A stretch of DNA of 63,765 nucleotides, counting the filler, from Vannella sp. (Eukaryota), in the NCBI GenBank assembly GCA_023345925.1. It is 9 parts of 9 records of this genome, joined end to end, with 100 filler letters (N's around TTAATTAATTAA, not from the genome) between each part and the next. Parts side by side here need not be neighbours in the genome. Positions count along the whole stretch, not along the records: positions 28,507 to 33,470 come from JAJQQN010000281.1; positions 33,571 to 41,271 come from JAJQQN010000069.1; positions 41,372 to 51,904 come from JAJQQN010001405.1; 6 more parts are not named here. The stretch is one strand, 5' to 3'. Position 1 is the first letter of the stretch. Each line of letters opens with the position of its first letter. The translations under genes and the position numbers were made by a program. Positions 31,198 through 43,022 of this stretch are shown piece by piece. Under the pieces are notes generated by a model. That model did not search any database. It worked only from the letters and a program-made list of their open reading frames with translations, and was not told the origin of the DNA.

Positions 31198-33211
31198 TTA
31201 ATTGCCCGAACTATGAGCCTCCCTTTCCTGAAGAAGCCGATCCGCTTGCGTGCGAAGAGTGTTCTGGAATTGCTTTGGTTAAAATAAAGCCAACAAGCTC
31301 TCTCAAGGTGACTTACTCTGTGCAGTTCTGAAGACTGATAGTGCTGGAGCAGTTTCTCTGTGGACGCTAACCCGCGTTGGCAGATCTGACAGTTTGTCCC
31401 TTCCACCGTTTCGTATTTGGCACGTAATTTTGCGCACAGCCGATCGATCTCGTTATTTCTTTGGATTGCTCGTTCTGTGTCCTGAGTAGGATGATGGTTT
31501 GAGCTGCGGGCTGGCTTATGTGGGCGGAGCTCTTGTGCTTTTGCGTTCCACTTGTCAAGATTTTGTGCAATTCTCGGGTCTCTTGGTGGTTTGACATCTT
31601 CTGGAGGGGGTGTCTTGTCTCTAATGGATCGAATGGGAGAGGTGCGAACGTTCCTTGGCCGTGAGGGCACTGATGCGGTGGGCATGGCAGGTGATTCTGC
31701 CTCACAAGGAATATATCGTCTCTCTGAATGTTCATAGTAATAGTAGATTCCACTACTGAGATGGTAAAAGTACCCTGAATTCGAGTCAAAGTAGAGTTCT
31801 GTCGTCGGATGGAAGAATCCGCGCTTCGATGGATCCCAAACGAATTCGTTGGCGTCGTGAACTCCAAGACTAGCAGGAGTTGGCCCCAACAGAGCTGCAG
31901 GAGGACCGACAGGAACTTGGGAGGGGGCAGCTGGTGGGTAGTAGAATGCGTTTTGGGCCGGACCTACTCCTGCCGGCACTGGATAGCCAGGGAGATATTG
32001 TCCCCCGGGGGACTGCACCATTGGAGGGAATCCTCCATTGTAGCCAGATGGCGACACTGAAGTCGGCTGAAAAGATCCGGGGTGATGCAGCATCTGGATT
32101 GGGTTGTGTCCCAACGGCATCAAAGAGCCAAATTGTTGGGCGCGAGATGGCGGGGCTGACAGAGCCTGTGATTCGGACACGAAAACGTTATTTCCCCGAG
32201 AGTCAATAGGAGATAGAGTCATATGGACAGACGCTCCATCAATAATCGCCCCAGTGGCCATATGAAGAGCACTTCTGGCATCAGTGGAGGAGAAAAAGTC
32301 AACAAAAGCAGAGCATTGTGTACTATCAGCATGAATCACTTTCACAGACTTGACAGCAAAGAATTGCTCAAAAAAGCTCGAGATTTTCCTCTCTGATGTG
32401 TTCGGATTGAGCAGGAACAAGGCAATCGTTGAACTGGGGACGAGTTCAGCTTCTCTGGGTGCTCTTTGAGGGCTACGCTCTCTCTGGTAGAAGTTCTCTC
32501 TTCTTCGGGGCGAAGGAGATCGCCCCCTCGGTGCTCCCAATCTATTTGGCGATCTCCTTCGAGGAGAGGGTGATCGTCTTCGTGGAGGAGACCTTCTTCT
32601 TGGAGATGGAGAACGCCCTCTTGGTGGACTGAACCTGCCTGGCGATCGCCTTGATCGGTTGGGTTCAACAAGAGTCTGGAGAGGCGCCGTTAGAAGGATC
32701 CATTACCGAGCACTGGTGTGAGCCCTTGGCAGAGCAAGTAGCTTACTCTTGGTCCCATAGGCTGGCTTGGAGTGACGTATTCAGCGTGAAGCTCCTTCCT
32801 GTGAGTGGCGGTCAGTACTTGTGGGCAAGTCAGGACCTCCTCCTACCCCTTCAGCTCGAAAGAACCATGTCTATCAGATGATGTGGGATGTTGGATCGAG
32901 CCCATAAAGGCCACAGCTGATTCCAAGTGCTCAAAGTTGACAAAGAGGCGATCAGTCTTGTCGAAATGGCGCCGATCGAGGATCCGAACAGTTTTGACGG
33001 GTCCATACTTCTCAAAGTACTCTCGAACAGAGGCCGTATCAAGGACATCCCGAAAGTCACCTCCAATCGCCAAAGAAGGCGTTGGTGCCAACCAAGTCGA
33101 CACTCCCTTGAATGTAGGCTTCGCAGGAGGGCTCCTGGCTGATGGCCTAGCATACGGAGTCGTCCGAACCTCTCTTTCCCTCCTCTCTGACGCATCAAAG
33201 CGCCCCCTCAT
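31198..33211 (-). CDS. RRM-RS-RRM-OCRE-C2H2 RNA-binding protein (RBM5/10/SUA-like), 3 exons
   Basis: RRM1 (YFEKYGPVKTVRI...LFVNF), RSPSPRRR repeats, RRM2 (AFVDFFSSTDARSAL), OCRE aromatic repeats (FVWDP..GFFHP..LYFDSNSGYFY...YYYY), CQICQR...H...SELH. Introns near 32798-32846 and 31264-31316. Confidence 0.8.
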
Positions 33212-33470
33212 CACCACCACCAAGCCGCCAGCAAAATGTGTAAGCACCAAACCCGTTAGCCAATCAAAAGCCGAACTTGCCAAGTGACCTGAAATGGGGT
33301 GAGCCATTAAAATCATTCTATTATTCAATGAGCTCAGGTTTGATTGATGGCATTTTATTGGTGGACGGGCAAGATGACCATGGGAACGATGGGGGGGTTT
33401 CTTTGAAAGCACTTTCTTTCTCGGTTTTCGGTTGGTGAATTTTTAGTATAGGATTAATTTTTAAAGCAAA

Positions 33471-33570
33471 NNNNNNNNNNNNNNNNNNNNNNNNNNNNNN
33501 NNNNNNNNNNNNNNTTAATTAATTAANNNNNNNNNNNNNNNNNNNNNNNNNNNNNNNNNNNNNNNNNNNN
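33471..33570. other. Artificial contig spacer
   Basis: N44-TTAATTAATTAA-N44. Confidence 0.99.
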
Positions 33571-34276
33571 GAGGGATGTTCACGATTCGCTGATACTCTG
33601 AAAGATCCCCAGAAGAGCGCCCCAGTTGTTCGTACAAGTTGTGCCTAGAAGAGAAGACGCCTCCTTGGGAGTCTATGAGAATCACTCCATAGGAGAAGGC
33701 AGCCAAGCATCGGAGGGGTCCTTCGGAACAGTTTTCTACCTGGACAAGGGTTGGTTGGAGAGTATTGATGGTGCAGCCGAGGCCCAGTTGCTCTTTAGAG
33801 ATGTTGCCCAACACCCAGAGGCCCTCTTCGGCCTCTGCTACAAGAAACTTGTTGCCGCAAGCCACCTTGATGAGCGGAGGGAGTCCTTCTGCTCGTTGAG
33901 GAAGAGAAATCGCCCAAGAGAGATCGATCCAGCTCGTCCAAACCCAAAGGCCGCCTTCTGTGTCCAGTGCAGCGCTGTGATGCTCACCAGCAGCCACCAA
34001 AGTGATAGGAGGTATTCCTGGTACTTGCTGAAAGGTGGAACAAGAAGGACAGGTCTGGGAGTAACCAGCATGCCACACCCCGCCCTCCGCATCAAGAACG
34101 AGGGAGTGTTTGTATCCCCAGTCCACCTGAACCGGCTGCGGGCCATTCCAGGGGACCTCTGCTGGTTTCCATTGATCGTTATAGTGACCAAGTCCAAGCT
34201 GGCCCGCGCTGTTGCACCCAAAAGCGAAAAGGCCCCCTTCGAGGGAGAGGAGGACCGTGTGGTTGCCAAAAGGCAT
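33571..34276 (-). CDS. RCC1-repeat protein, paralog of 2634-3689, 3' truncated
   Basis: FGCNSAGQLGLGH, VPWNGPQPVQVDWG, VAAGEHHSAALD; collinear with the first RCC1 protein. Confidence 0.85.
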
Positions 34277-34781
34277 CCCAAAAAATGAACGAAAAAAGAA
34301 TCAAAAAATGGCAAGAGATTGAAACTAACCCGTCCTATCATCCTCAGGCACGAAAAAAATTATCCGCTAAATCCCAAGAATTGAACATTCCAGTACGAAT
34401 GTTGTTTAGGAACCGAGACTTCCAACGATTGTTGCCACGAAACTCATTTACCTGACTAAGGTGTCAAGACCAGGTCAATATGAAATGGAGCAGGATGTAG
34501 AAAATCCAGTCTCAAGCCATCAAAGAAGATGGCTCATTAAACTTCTTTGAGACCGAAAACCCTGTGGATCAACTTTCTCCAGACCGAACTGACCCCAAAG
34601 CTGTGTAAAGAGTAAGTTGTCTTAATGAAGCGTTTGGAAGCGTTTTTTACCACTTAAAGGAGCACCAAACGTTTCAGAAAGCAGCAAGAAACCAGATCTT
34701 CAACAGACTGAGAGACAAGTGTTGAATAAAAAGGAGGATAATAACCCATTATGTGTTTTAGTCGGGGCACTTTTTGGGCCC

Positions 34782-34910
34782 CAAACGAGGGAAAAGTACC
34801 CCTCTTTAAAAACATATAAAAACATCATTTGGATCAGTGGCAGCCGAATTTAGAAGCACTTTCAAAGGAGGCCAGCGGACGTGGTTTATTGGGGCGCCGC
34901 GAACTCTCTC
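34782..34910 (+). repeat. Dispersed non-coding element, copy A (longest)
   Basis: 5' 97 nt match 14707-14803 (minus strand); 3' about 55 nt match 51793-51848. Confidence 0.85.
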
Positions 34911-34998
34911 TTTTCGAAAGATCCCACTTCTCCATCTGCAAGATGCTCTGTTTCACTAAAGAAAAAAGGCATCTGTTTATGATCATTTTAGAAGGGGG

Positions 34999-37900
34999 AT
35001 GGAGGGTTGGTTGTTGAAGAAGGGAGTGAAAGGGCCTATCCGTGGCTGGAAGAGGCGCTACTTTCGTCAGCACAAGGAGAAGATGATCTATTACAAGTCA
35101 GAGACAAGCCAGGAGTCTCTGGGCTTCATCCCGCTCGACCAAGGTGAGTCATTCGCCTTTTTCGGGTTCCGTGCGCGTGGACTTGCTCCTTCCTTACGCT
35201 TGGGATCAGCTCTCTCTGTCCATCCAAGCTTGGATGTCAAGGAATACAGTCACGCCTTCCAGATTAACACAGAAGCCCGCGTATTCTACCTGGCAGCGGA
35301 GTCCGAGTACAACTTCAACTACTGGCTCACTGGGCTCGTCTCTTTCATCAAGAAGAGCGGCACGGAAGAGCGCCTTCTTCAGCAACAAGACGAGAGCCAG
35401 CCAGAACCAGAGAAACGCACTTCAACAGCGAGCAAAGTGACAAAGCGGGCAAGATCTATCTCAAAGAAGGCAGTCTCTGCTCAGTTGAAGGCCCTCGGTG
35501 CTAGTACAAGCACAGAGACTCCCATATCAGAGGTACACATGGCTGTACTGGAGGCGCACGTGATGTCAGCGAGTTTGGAGGTCCCCCCAGCTCGGCCTGT
35601 CTTCCCTAATAGACCGCTACCATCACCAATGGCAGCTCCCAGTCCCTTACAACGACACTCTGGAGATGGTACGGCTCTAAGTCCACGCGAGCTTGGACAG
35701 CGGTCGCTCACAACCGGACAAGCTTCGAAGCCTCTCCCTTCTCTTCCGCTCAGGAGAGAGGACACGGGTGTGGATGAAGAGGAAGAGGAGGAAGAGGAGG
35801 AGGAAGAAGAGGAGGAGGAAAGGGGGGCAGAGAAGCTGGCTGTGACTGAAGGATTCATTGGCACAGATGTTCTCGGCATTGCTTCACCACAGAGACCTCC
35901 ACCTCCTCCACCATCCAGTCAAAGTCAAGAAGAACTCCCAGAGAAGCTGGCTGTGAGTGGAGAAGTCATTGGCACAGATGTTCTCGGCATTGCTTCACCG
36001 CGGAGACCTCCGCCTCCTCCACCTAGCAAGCCTCGAGAAGTACCTTCATTCACTGATTCTTCCAACGCATCAATCAAGGTGCGGGGCTCCGTAGCTCCTG
36101 GGGCTCCAACAGTTGATACAACGGCACAACCGCAAGCTCGCCATGTTCTCCAAGAGAGTGTTTCTGCAGTAACTATCTCCATTCCGAGCAGCGAGAAGGC
36201 TTCCCATCGAACCAAACTCGTCCAGGAGGTTGTCAGTTCCGAAGAGAGTTATGTCAGAAGTCTGAACGTTCTGGTTCATCACTTCTACGAGCCTCTACGA
36301 AGCCACAGCGACAAGAGAGTACAGAAGGAAGTCCGAAGTATCTTTGGGAATGTCGAACAGATCCTCCAATTGAATAGTGACTTGCTGCAGCAAGTCCAAC
36401 AGCGAGCTGCCAAATGGGATGACAACACTCTATTGGGGGACATATTTATGGCAATGGCACCTTTTTTGAAGCTTTACGCTGCCTATGGAACCAACTACGA
36501 GACAGCCATTCACTTGTACCAAAAGGAGATGAAGGAAAATACGGGTTTCCGTGATGCAGTGGAGACTAAGAATCTTGAAGCTGGCGAGTCAGTCGCGCTT
36601 CACCATTTACTCATTATGCCTATTCAACGTGTGCCTCGATACAGTATGCTTCTCACTGACATCCTCAAGAACACGCCCCCAGCCCATCCTGATTATGGAA
36701 ACCTTGAGAAGGCACTCGAGTCCGTCAAGAAGGTCGCTACTCATTTGAACGAGAGTGTGCGAGCTTCTGAGACAGACAGGAACATGGCGGAGCTTGCAGA
36801 GCAAATGGATCTGAAATTGATTCTTGCTCCCCATCGGCGCTTAGTCAGTGAGGGTATCTTCAAAGTGATCGTGAAGAAGAAGGAGAAACAGAAACACGGA
36901 CTGCGTCATCTGATCATGTTCAACGATATCCTCGTTTGTGTTTCTCGCTCGAAACTACGAAAACCGGAGAACTTTATCCGCCCGGAGAACAATTGGCCCC
37001 TCAGTCTAGTTTGGGTAGAAGAGTGCAAACAGGAGAAGGCTCTCCGTGTGATTGGGCCTTCTCATTCTTTCCTTCTCAGCCTAGAGCCGGATGAGATAGC
37101 TCATTGGAAGCAGATTCTTCAAGATGGTATTCTGGATCATGTCAAGCACCAAAATCTCTCTGTCACTGCGACAGAATTGACAGATCTACGTGTTGGAAGC
37201 TACGTTTTCTCTGGAGGATCAGAGTATTCTGGAGGATGGAAAAAGGGAGTGGTAAGTCCTTTATTCATTGTCTACTCCAAACTGATTTGCTGTAGAAACA
37301 TGGGCAGGGAATCTTCAAGTTCTACCAATGTGTTTACGAGGGTGATTTCGAGGACGATGTGATAAGCGGAGAGGGGAAGATGTCCTATCCTTCTGGCGAG
37401 CTCTACGCTGGCAAATGGAAGAACGGATTGCCTCACGGTGACGGTACTTTCGGAGCTCCAAATGGCGATGTTTACGACGGGAATTGGAAGGACGGCCGAA
37501 AAGAGGGACTGGGTCGTTTCCTTTACAGCAATGGAGATATTTACCAAGGCCGGTGGCTTCAAGATCTCCCACATGGAGAGGGCAAGTTCACTTACGGTGC
37601 TGGCCCTCGCTATGACGGTAACTGGCTTCGTGGACAGCGCTCTGGATCTGGATGTTTGGATTACGGCAGTGGAAAGCAATATGACGGCGAGTGGCTACAC
37701 GACAGACCACACGGGCATGGCACTCTTGTTCAAAGTGATGGAAGCTATTACGAAGGGAACTTCCAAGGTGGTGTGTACGAAGGGACTGGAAGTTTGTTCC
37801 ACAAAGATGGAAGAAAGTATTCTGGTACTTGGAGAATGGGAAAACCGAATGGAATCGGAAAGTTCAGCTCTGCTATTGGAATGGTCCGCTCCTATGAAGG

Positions 37901-38204
37901 AGAGTGGGCCAATGGGCAACTACATGGCAAGGGCACCGCTACATTCCCGAACAATCACAAATTCGTGGGCTATTTCCGCGAGAATCGCTTCCACGGCTCA
38001 GGAGTTCTCGAGCATGGAAGCACCGTCATTGAAGGCAAATGGAACATGGGCCTTCCAGAAGGACGAGTTTCAGTCCGAATTGGAGACAAAGAAGCCTTAC
38101 TTGGAACTGTTCAAGGCAACACCTTAATCATGGCAGATCCTTTTGCTCCCACGCTAATGCTTCCCCCCACAAATTGCTATCTCAATGTCGATGTTGACCT
38201 GTAA
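34999..38204 (+). CDS. PH - Pro/acidic linker - DH - PH - MORN-repeat RhoGEF (alsin-like module)
   Basis: MEGWLLKKG...WKRRYF (PH). EVVSSEESYV and LIMPIQRVPRY (DH). More than 10 Y.G.W..G..HG.G MORN repeats. Introns near 35144-35208 and 37252-37295. Confidence 0.9.
35828..36027 (+). repeat. Internal coding duplication with 111-nt period, after a poly-Glu (GAR)n tract at 35776-35820
   Basis: EKLAVTEGFIGTDVLGIASPQRPPPPPPS and EKLAVSGEVIGTDVLGIASPRRPPPPPPS are nearly identical at the DNA level. Confidence 0.9.
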
Positions 38205-38242
38205 TACAAAAGAATGAATCAAAGTAGTGTATAAAACGGGAC

Positions 38243-41131
38243 TTAGACAGTAATATTGTTAATGGTCTCCTCCACAAGGAACTTCTCCTTCAGAATCGCA
38301 TTAATCCAGAACAGCATTTGCTCCGTGTTTTCCGCAAGCAAGTGGATTTCTTCCCCAGTTTGAGTGACAATCTTGAAGGCAGCGTATTCATATTTCTCGA
38401 CCTTGTACTCCATGATCTGGCAGTCAAATAGGGCCAATTTAGAGATGGGTCGGCTCGTTGCCAGGTTGTGGTTGCGGGCTGAATAGCAATTCAAGAAGCC
38501 ATTGTGAAGAGAGAACCAATGTTTGCTCCAAGCTCTTCTACCGGAAAGAGTAGAGAAGGGAAGGGAGCTACGCTTTTGGAGGAAACCTTCTTCGATGGTA
38601 CGAACTCCTCCAAGACCGAGCTCTTTCTCTTCTTGCTTGATTGGGTCTCGCAGATCAGTGTTGATGTAATGATACAAGCCTGTCATCCAAACGATCACCT
38701 CCTCCTCCGTGTTACAGCGGAACTGAACTGGTTCTGCTGTGCTGTTGATAAGTTTGACAACGAAAGTCCGACTATCCTCTTCAGAAGGGTAAATACAGTC
38801 GATTCCGTTAAGGGGAATGATGAACACGTCCGTAGACATTCTCCTTGAGAGGGCACGCCTGGCTTGCTCAGTAGCTTGAAGCCCAGGATTGAGTTCTGGC
38901 TTAGTCACGTATGATGTGACACATCCATCTTTGACTGACACCCATCGCTTTACCCACTTCTTTCGAGCCATCTTCTGGAAGATGTAGCCTCCAAGGTACT
39001 TCACTCTGTCCTCAAAGTTGAATGTTGTCACGTACACTTCGGCTGAAGCGACTTCTGCCTCGGTAAGCAACTCATCGTCGTCAGCATCGACATATGACGG
39101 AGCTTTCTTTGTAGTGCGGTACACTGCTGGTGAATTAGAGATTTCTGATTCCAAAGGTGCTGGAGGACTCGAGACTGGACTAGAGTGGATCACAGTTTCT
39201 CTCTTAGCATCCCGCTTTTCGTTCAGTTTGTTCACCTTTTGTAGCCACTCTGCCTGACCCTCATCCGCTGGAGCCGGAGTCGGAGCCGCAATTGCTCGGG
39301 CAGCAGCAGTTTGCCGATAGGATGTTGGCTTTGGAGCAGACGGGGACTGGACGGTATTGGCGACAGCAGAAGCCTTTGCGATTCTCTCATCCTCAACTCT
39401 TTGAGCTTCTGCCCGCTCATTTTCGAGCCTCTTCTCTCTTTCTGCACGTTCAAAAGCAACACGGTCTTGTTGAGCTTTGGCATCCATTTGACTTTGAGCT
39501 ACTTGGGCGCGTTTCTGTTCTTCCTCCAAAGTTCTTGCTCTCCTCTCCTGCTCTTCTCTCTCCCTCTGAGACTGCGCTGCTTGCTCTCTTTGTCGCTGCT
39601 CAGCTTGCTGTTGTGCCAATTGTTCTCTCTTTTTCAGCTCAGCAGCCTGGCGATCTTTTTCTTCCTTCGCTGCCTTGTCCTTAAGACGTTGTTCTGCTTG
39701 CATTTGCGAATTTCTTGTTCGCTCTGCGCGGGCAGCCTCTTCTTGGGCTCTCCTATCAGCTTCTAAACGGAGCCTGTCTTGAGTTGATTTGTCTTCCCTC
39801 GCCCGGCGTTCATCCTCTTGCCGCTTCCTATCTGCTGCCGCTTTCTCCTCTCGAGTTTTACGTTCGAGCTCTTCCCGCGCCTGTCGTTCCCGAACTTCTG
39901 CTTCCCGTCGCTCTCGATCTTGTCGTTCTCTGTTTTGTCGCTCTTGGGTCTCCCGTTCCCGAGTTTCTGCTTCTCGCCGCTCTCGATCTTGCCGTTCTCT
40001 GGTTTGCCGCTCTTGAGTTTCTCTTTCCCGGCGTTCACGATCCAATCGCTCTTTTTCAGCCTTGTCTAATCGCAGCTTCTCCTGCTGCTCCCGTTCCCTT
40101 TGCTCCCTTTCTTCCCGTTCGCGTTGCCATTTGGATTTGCCCGCTGCAGCTCCGACCACTGCTGCTGCTGCGGAAGTATTTGCAGCTGCCTTGGGAATCG
40201 ATGCACTGACAATGGCAGCGGCAGCAGCGGTCTTTGCTGAGGACTGAGCGGCTGCACTGCTGACAATCGCTGCTGCCGCTGCAGTCTTTGCTGAAGTGTT
40301 CGGTGCAATACCAGCAGCTGCCATTGGGTTTCTCGAGCTCCGCTTAGTCTCCAACATGGCAGCTCGTCCACAGGAATCACAATAAGGTCGGTCATTCACG
40401 TTCAGGCAGCGGTCGATCTTCTTCCCACATTTGAAGCAGCCGAAGCAGTTCTCATGATACATACCACCAGGTGCTTCAACCGTGTTGCCAGAGAGAGGCT
40501 TACAACACTTGAAACAGGTGGGCAGAGGAGCCTCTACCTTCGCCCTCTTTTCAGCCGGAGGAACCACTGCAGGTCTAGGAGGGGCAGTCACACGATTAGC
40601 CGTAGTTGGAGCGTTCATATCAATCGTAGTGATGGTACCAAGGCCCGATCCACCACGCGCAGAGCCAGTCTTGAAGAAGTGATAATACTGAGAGAGGTAC
40701 GTCATGATGCTGAAGGGCTCTGGCTTCGCTACAATCAGCATATCTTCTACATCTAGAAGCATGGGAATGCCCAGCTTCAACGCAGTGTGAAAGGCCAAGG
40801 TCACGTTGTGTTCCTGTACAAAGTCAGTTCACCTTTGTTGGGGAAGGAATCGTACCTTGTTCTTGGGATCGAGAGTGTTGTAAGGAATGAGCTCAGGTCG
40901 GTGAGCATGAATGAGAGCACAAAAGGCCATGCCATCGGCCCTAAACTGGTGTAAGACGGAGTGCAGGTTCTCGAGTTGGTCCTCCCTCTCACCATGATGT
41001 ATGGAAGTTGCTGACTTCACAGTTCTTGTAGCCTTGAGTACATTGCTACTGCAATGTTATCCAGGCCCGAAGAAGAGACAGAGAGAACGTACCTTGCACC
41101 ATTGCAGCAACGCCGCTTTGCCTGTCGCCAT
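38243..41131 (-). CDS. CH (MICAL-L/EHBP1-type) + LIM + coiled-coil + tandem PH protein
   Basis: Spliced MATGKAALLQWCK...GY...V.NFHTS..DGMAFCALIH..RPELI. LIM CFKC...HENCFGCFKC...CDSC. E/R/Q-rich coil. Two PH domains (KKWVKRWV; EEGFLQKR...WSKHWF...FWINAI). Confidence 0.88.
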
Positions 41132-41248
41132 TAACACTGCTGGGAACTAAGAGACTGGCACAAAAGGAGGCCCATTCTGGGATGGGAAAGCTCGTTCTTT
41201 CCCATGAATTCGTAATTGTTATGTCACCGGAAGATGCAGAAAAAGAAG

Positions 41249-41271
41249 CGCCCACCGAGGGGCTCGAACCC
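41249..41271 (-). tRNA. 3' end of a tRNA gene (Lys-like), truncated by contig end
   Basis: Minus strand GGGTTCGAGCCCCTCGGTGGGCG gives T-arm/B-box plus acceptor 3' strand, followed by a CTTCTTTTT Pol III terminator. Anticodon not visible. Confidence 0.8.
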
Positions 41272-41371
41272 NNNNNNNNNNNNNNNNNNNNNNNNNNNNN
41301 NNNNNNNNNNNNNNNTTAATTAATTAANNNNNNNNNNNNNNNNNNNNNNNNNNNNNNNNNNNNNNNNNNNN
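41272..41371. other. Artificial contig spacer
   Basis: N44-TTAATTAATTAA-N44. Confidence 0.99.
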
Positions 41372-41534
41372 TACCCGCTTCCCTCAACCGCCCAAAAATC
41401 GTATCCCTTGGATCCTCTTCGCTGATTGGTGGGTGATCAAAGATGGTGTAGTTTGATCAACAATTATTCCGATCCAATCTGTTTGTTGTATAATGAATCC
41501 TAGCAGGTTGTCATAATGAACTACTTTTTGTTGG

Positions 41535-42980
41535 ATGAGCAAAAGGTCAAGGGGTGCTCTGGAACGGACAGAGACCGTTGTACTATCACCACGCAATGGA
41601 GACAGCGATGATGAACCTTCAGCGAAGAGGGTGAAACGAGACAAAATTGCGTACTCAACGACGACAGTCCTGCGCTCGTTAGATGAGGGAGGGGAGACTA
41701 CTCCAATGGCTACTTTGAGGGCCAACTCCTTCCACACACGCAAGATTCTCCAGCAGCAACTACACCAAGATAAGCCCCCAACACCAGAGATGCGGGTCGG
41801 AGGTTTCATCTCTCCATCGCGCTTGCTTACAGTGCTCTAGCTCGCAAGAGAGGTCCTTTCCATGTTATCTCAGAGCTTCCAAGAGGTTCCTCATTACAAC
41901 TATGAGCCAGGATCTCACTCTCACGAGTGGTCGACCAAGTCTGCCATCAAGGCCTTCCAACAGAAGTTGATTCCTCTCTGCCAAGCTGTCGGTAAGGTCC
42001 TTAAAGCAGATGAAATGGTGGTGAAGATCAAGTCACCTTCCTACGTATTGGGTGATCTTCACGGCAACTACAAAGATCTCATGTTCTTCCGAAAGAGCTT
42101 TTGGGGGATGGGGGTTGACATGAGCCCCTCCCGTTTCCTCTTCCTTGGCGATTACGTCGATCGTGGTCCTCACTCTGTAGAAGTCAGTAAGTTGGCGGAC
42201 ACAGTCACCCCTCACCCTCATGCTAACCTCCATCCAGTGGCTTACTTGTTTGCCTTGAAGTTGATGAATCCTACAAAGATCTTCTTGCTACGAGGGAATC
42301 ACGAGTTCGCTTCCCAGAACGGAGAGAGACACTACGACCCGTGCTTCTTACAGAACGTGGAGGAGTTGTTTCCCAAGGCATCAGCGAAGAAGATCTGGGA
42401 GTCCTTCAATCTGGCCTTTGATTGGATGCCTGTGGCCGCCACGATTGACGAGAAGATCTTCTGCTGCCATGGCGGCATCCCCCGTATGGTGCAGAATGAC
42501 TTGCAGGGCGAGGATCTGCTTGCGATGATCAATAACCTTCACCGCCCACTCTTGGAGGACCAAGTAGAGGACACAGAAGACTTCTTGGCCTTGGACATCC
42601 TCTGGTCCGATCCTGCTACGGACAAGGAGGAGAAAAACTCTGATGGATGGTTTGCGGAGAACGAACGAGGTGGAGACATCGTGGTGTTTGGTAGTCTCGC
42701 AGTGGACGCGTTCACTAAGGAGACAGGATGCACGCACATCATCCGTGCTCACCAGCCCCCGTCTCGTGGGATCGAGTACTGCAAGTCAGCGCGCATCTTG
42801 ACTGTTTTCTCATCCTCTCATTACTGCGGTGGCTTCAACTCAGCAGCTATTGTCTTGGTAGCTGATGGTCGCATCCGAGTAGCCACCACCAAGCCCGTGA
42901 AGAGAGGCGAGGAGGAAGAAGAGGACCACGATGATCCTCACAACGACCTCATTGTTGAGGAGGGCTATCTAGACGAGTAG
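41535..42980 (+). CDS. PPP-family Ser/Thr protein phosphatase with N-terminal extension
   Basis: GDLHG, GDYVDRG, LRGNHE, CHGG, LWSDP, IIRAHQ, TVFSSSHYCG. NLS-like PSAKRVK. Introns near 41796-41840 and near 42185-42236. Confidence 0.9.
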
Positions 42981-43022
42981 AGAGAGTCAATAACACGTCA
43001 TGCAAGCTTGTAATTGGATGGT

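Noticed and set aside
39760..40330. Tandem DNA repeats resembling a minisatellite or CRISPR array
   Set aside because: Coding repeats of the coiled-coil and Ala-rich linker, with no repeat-spacer structure. No CRISPR array or cas gene was seen anywhere.
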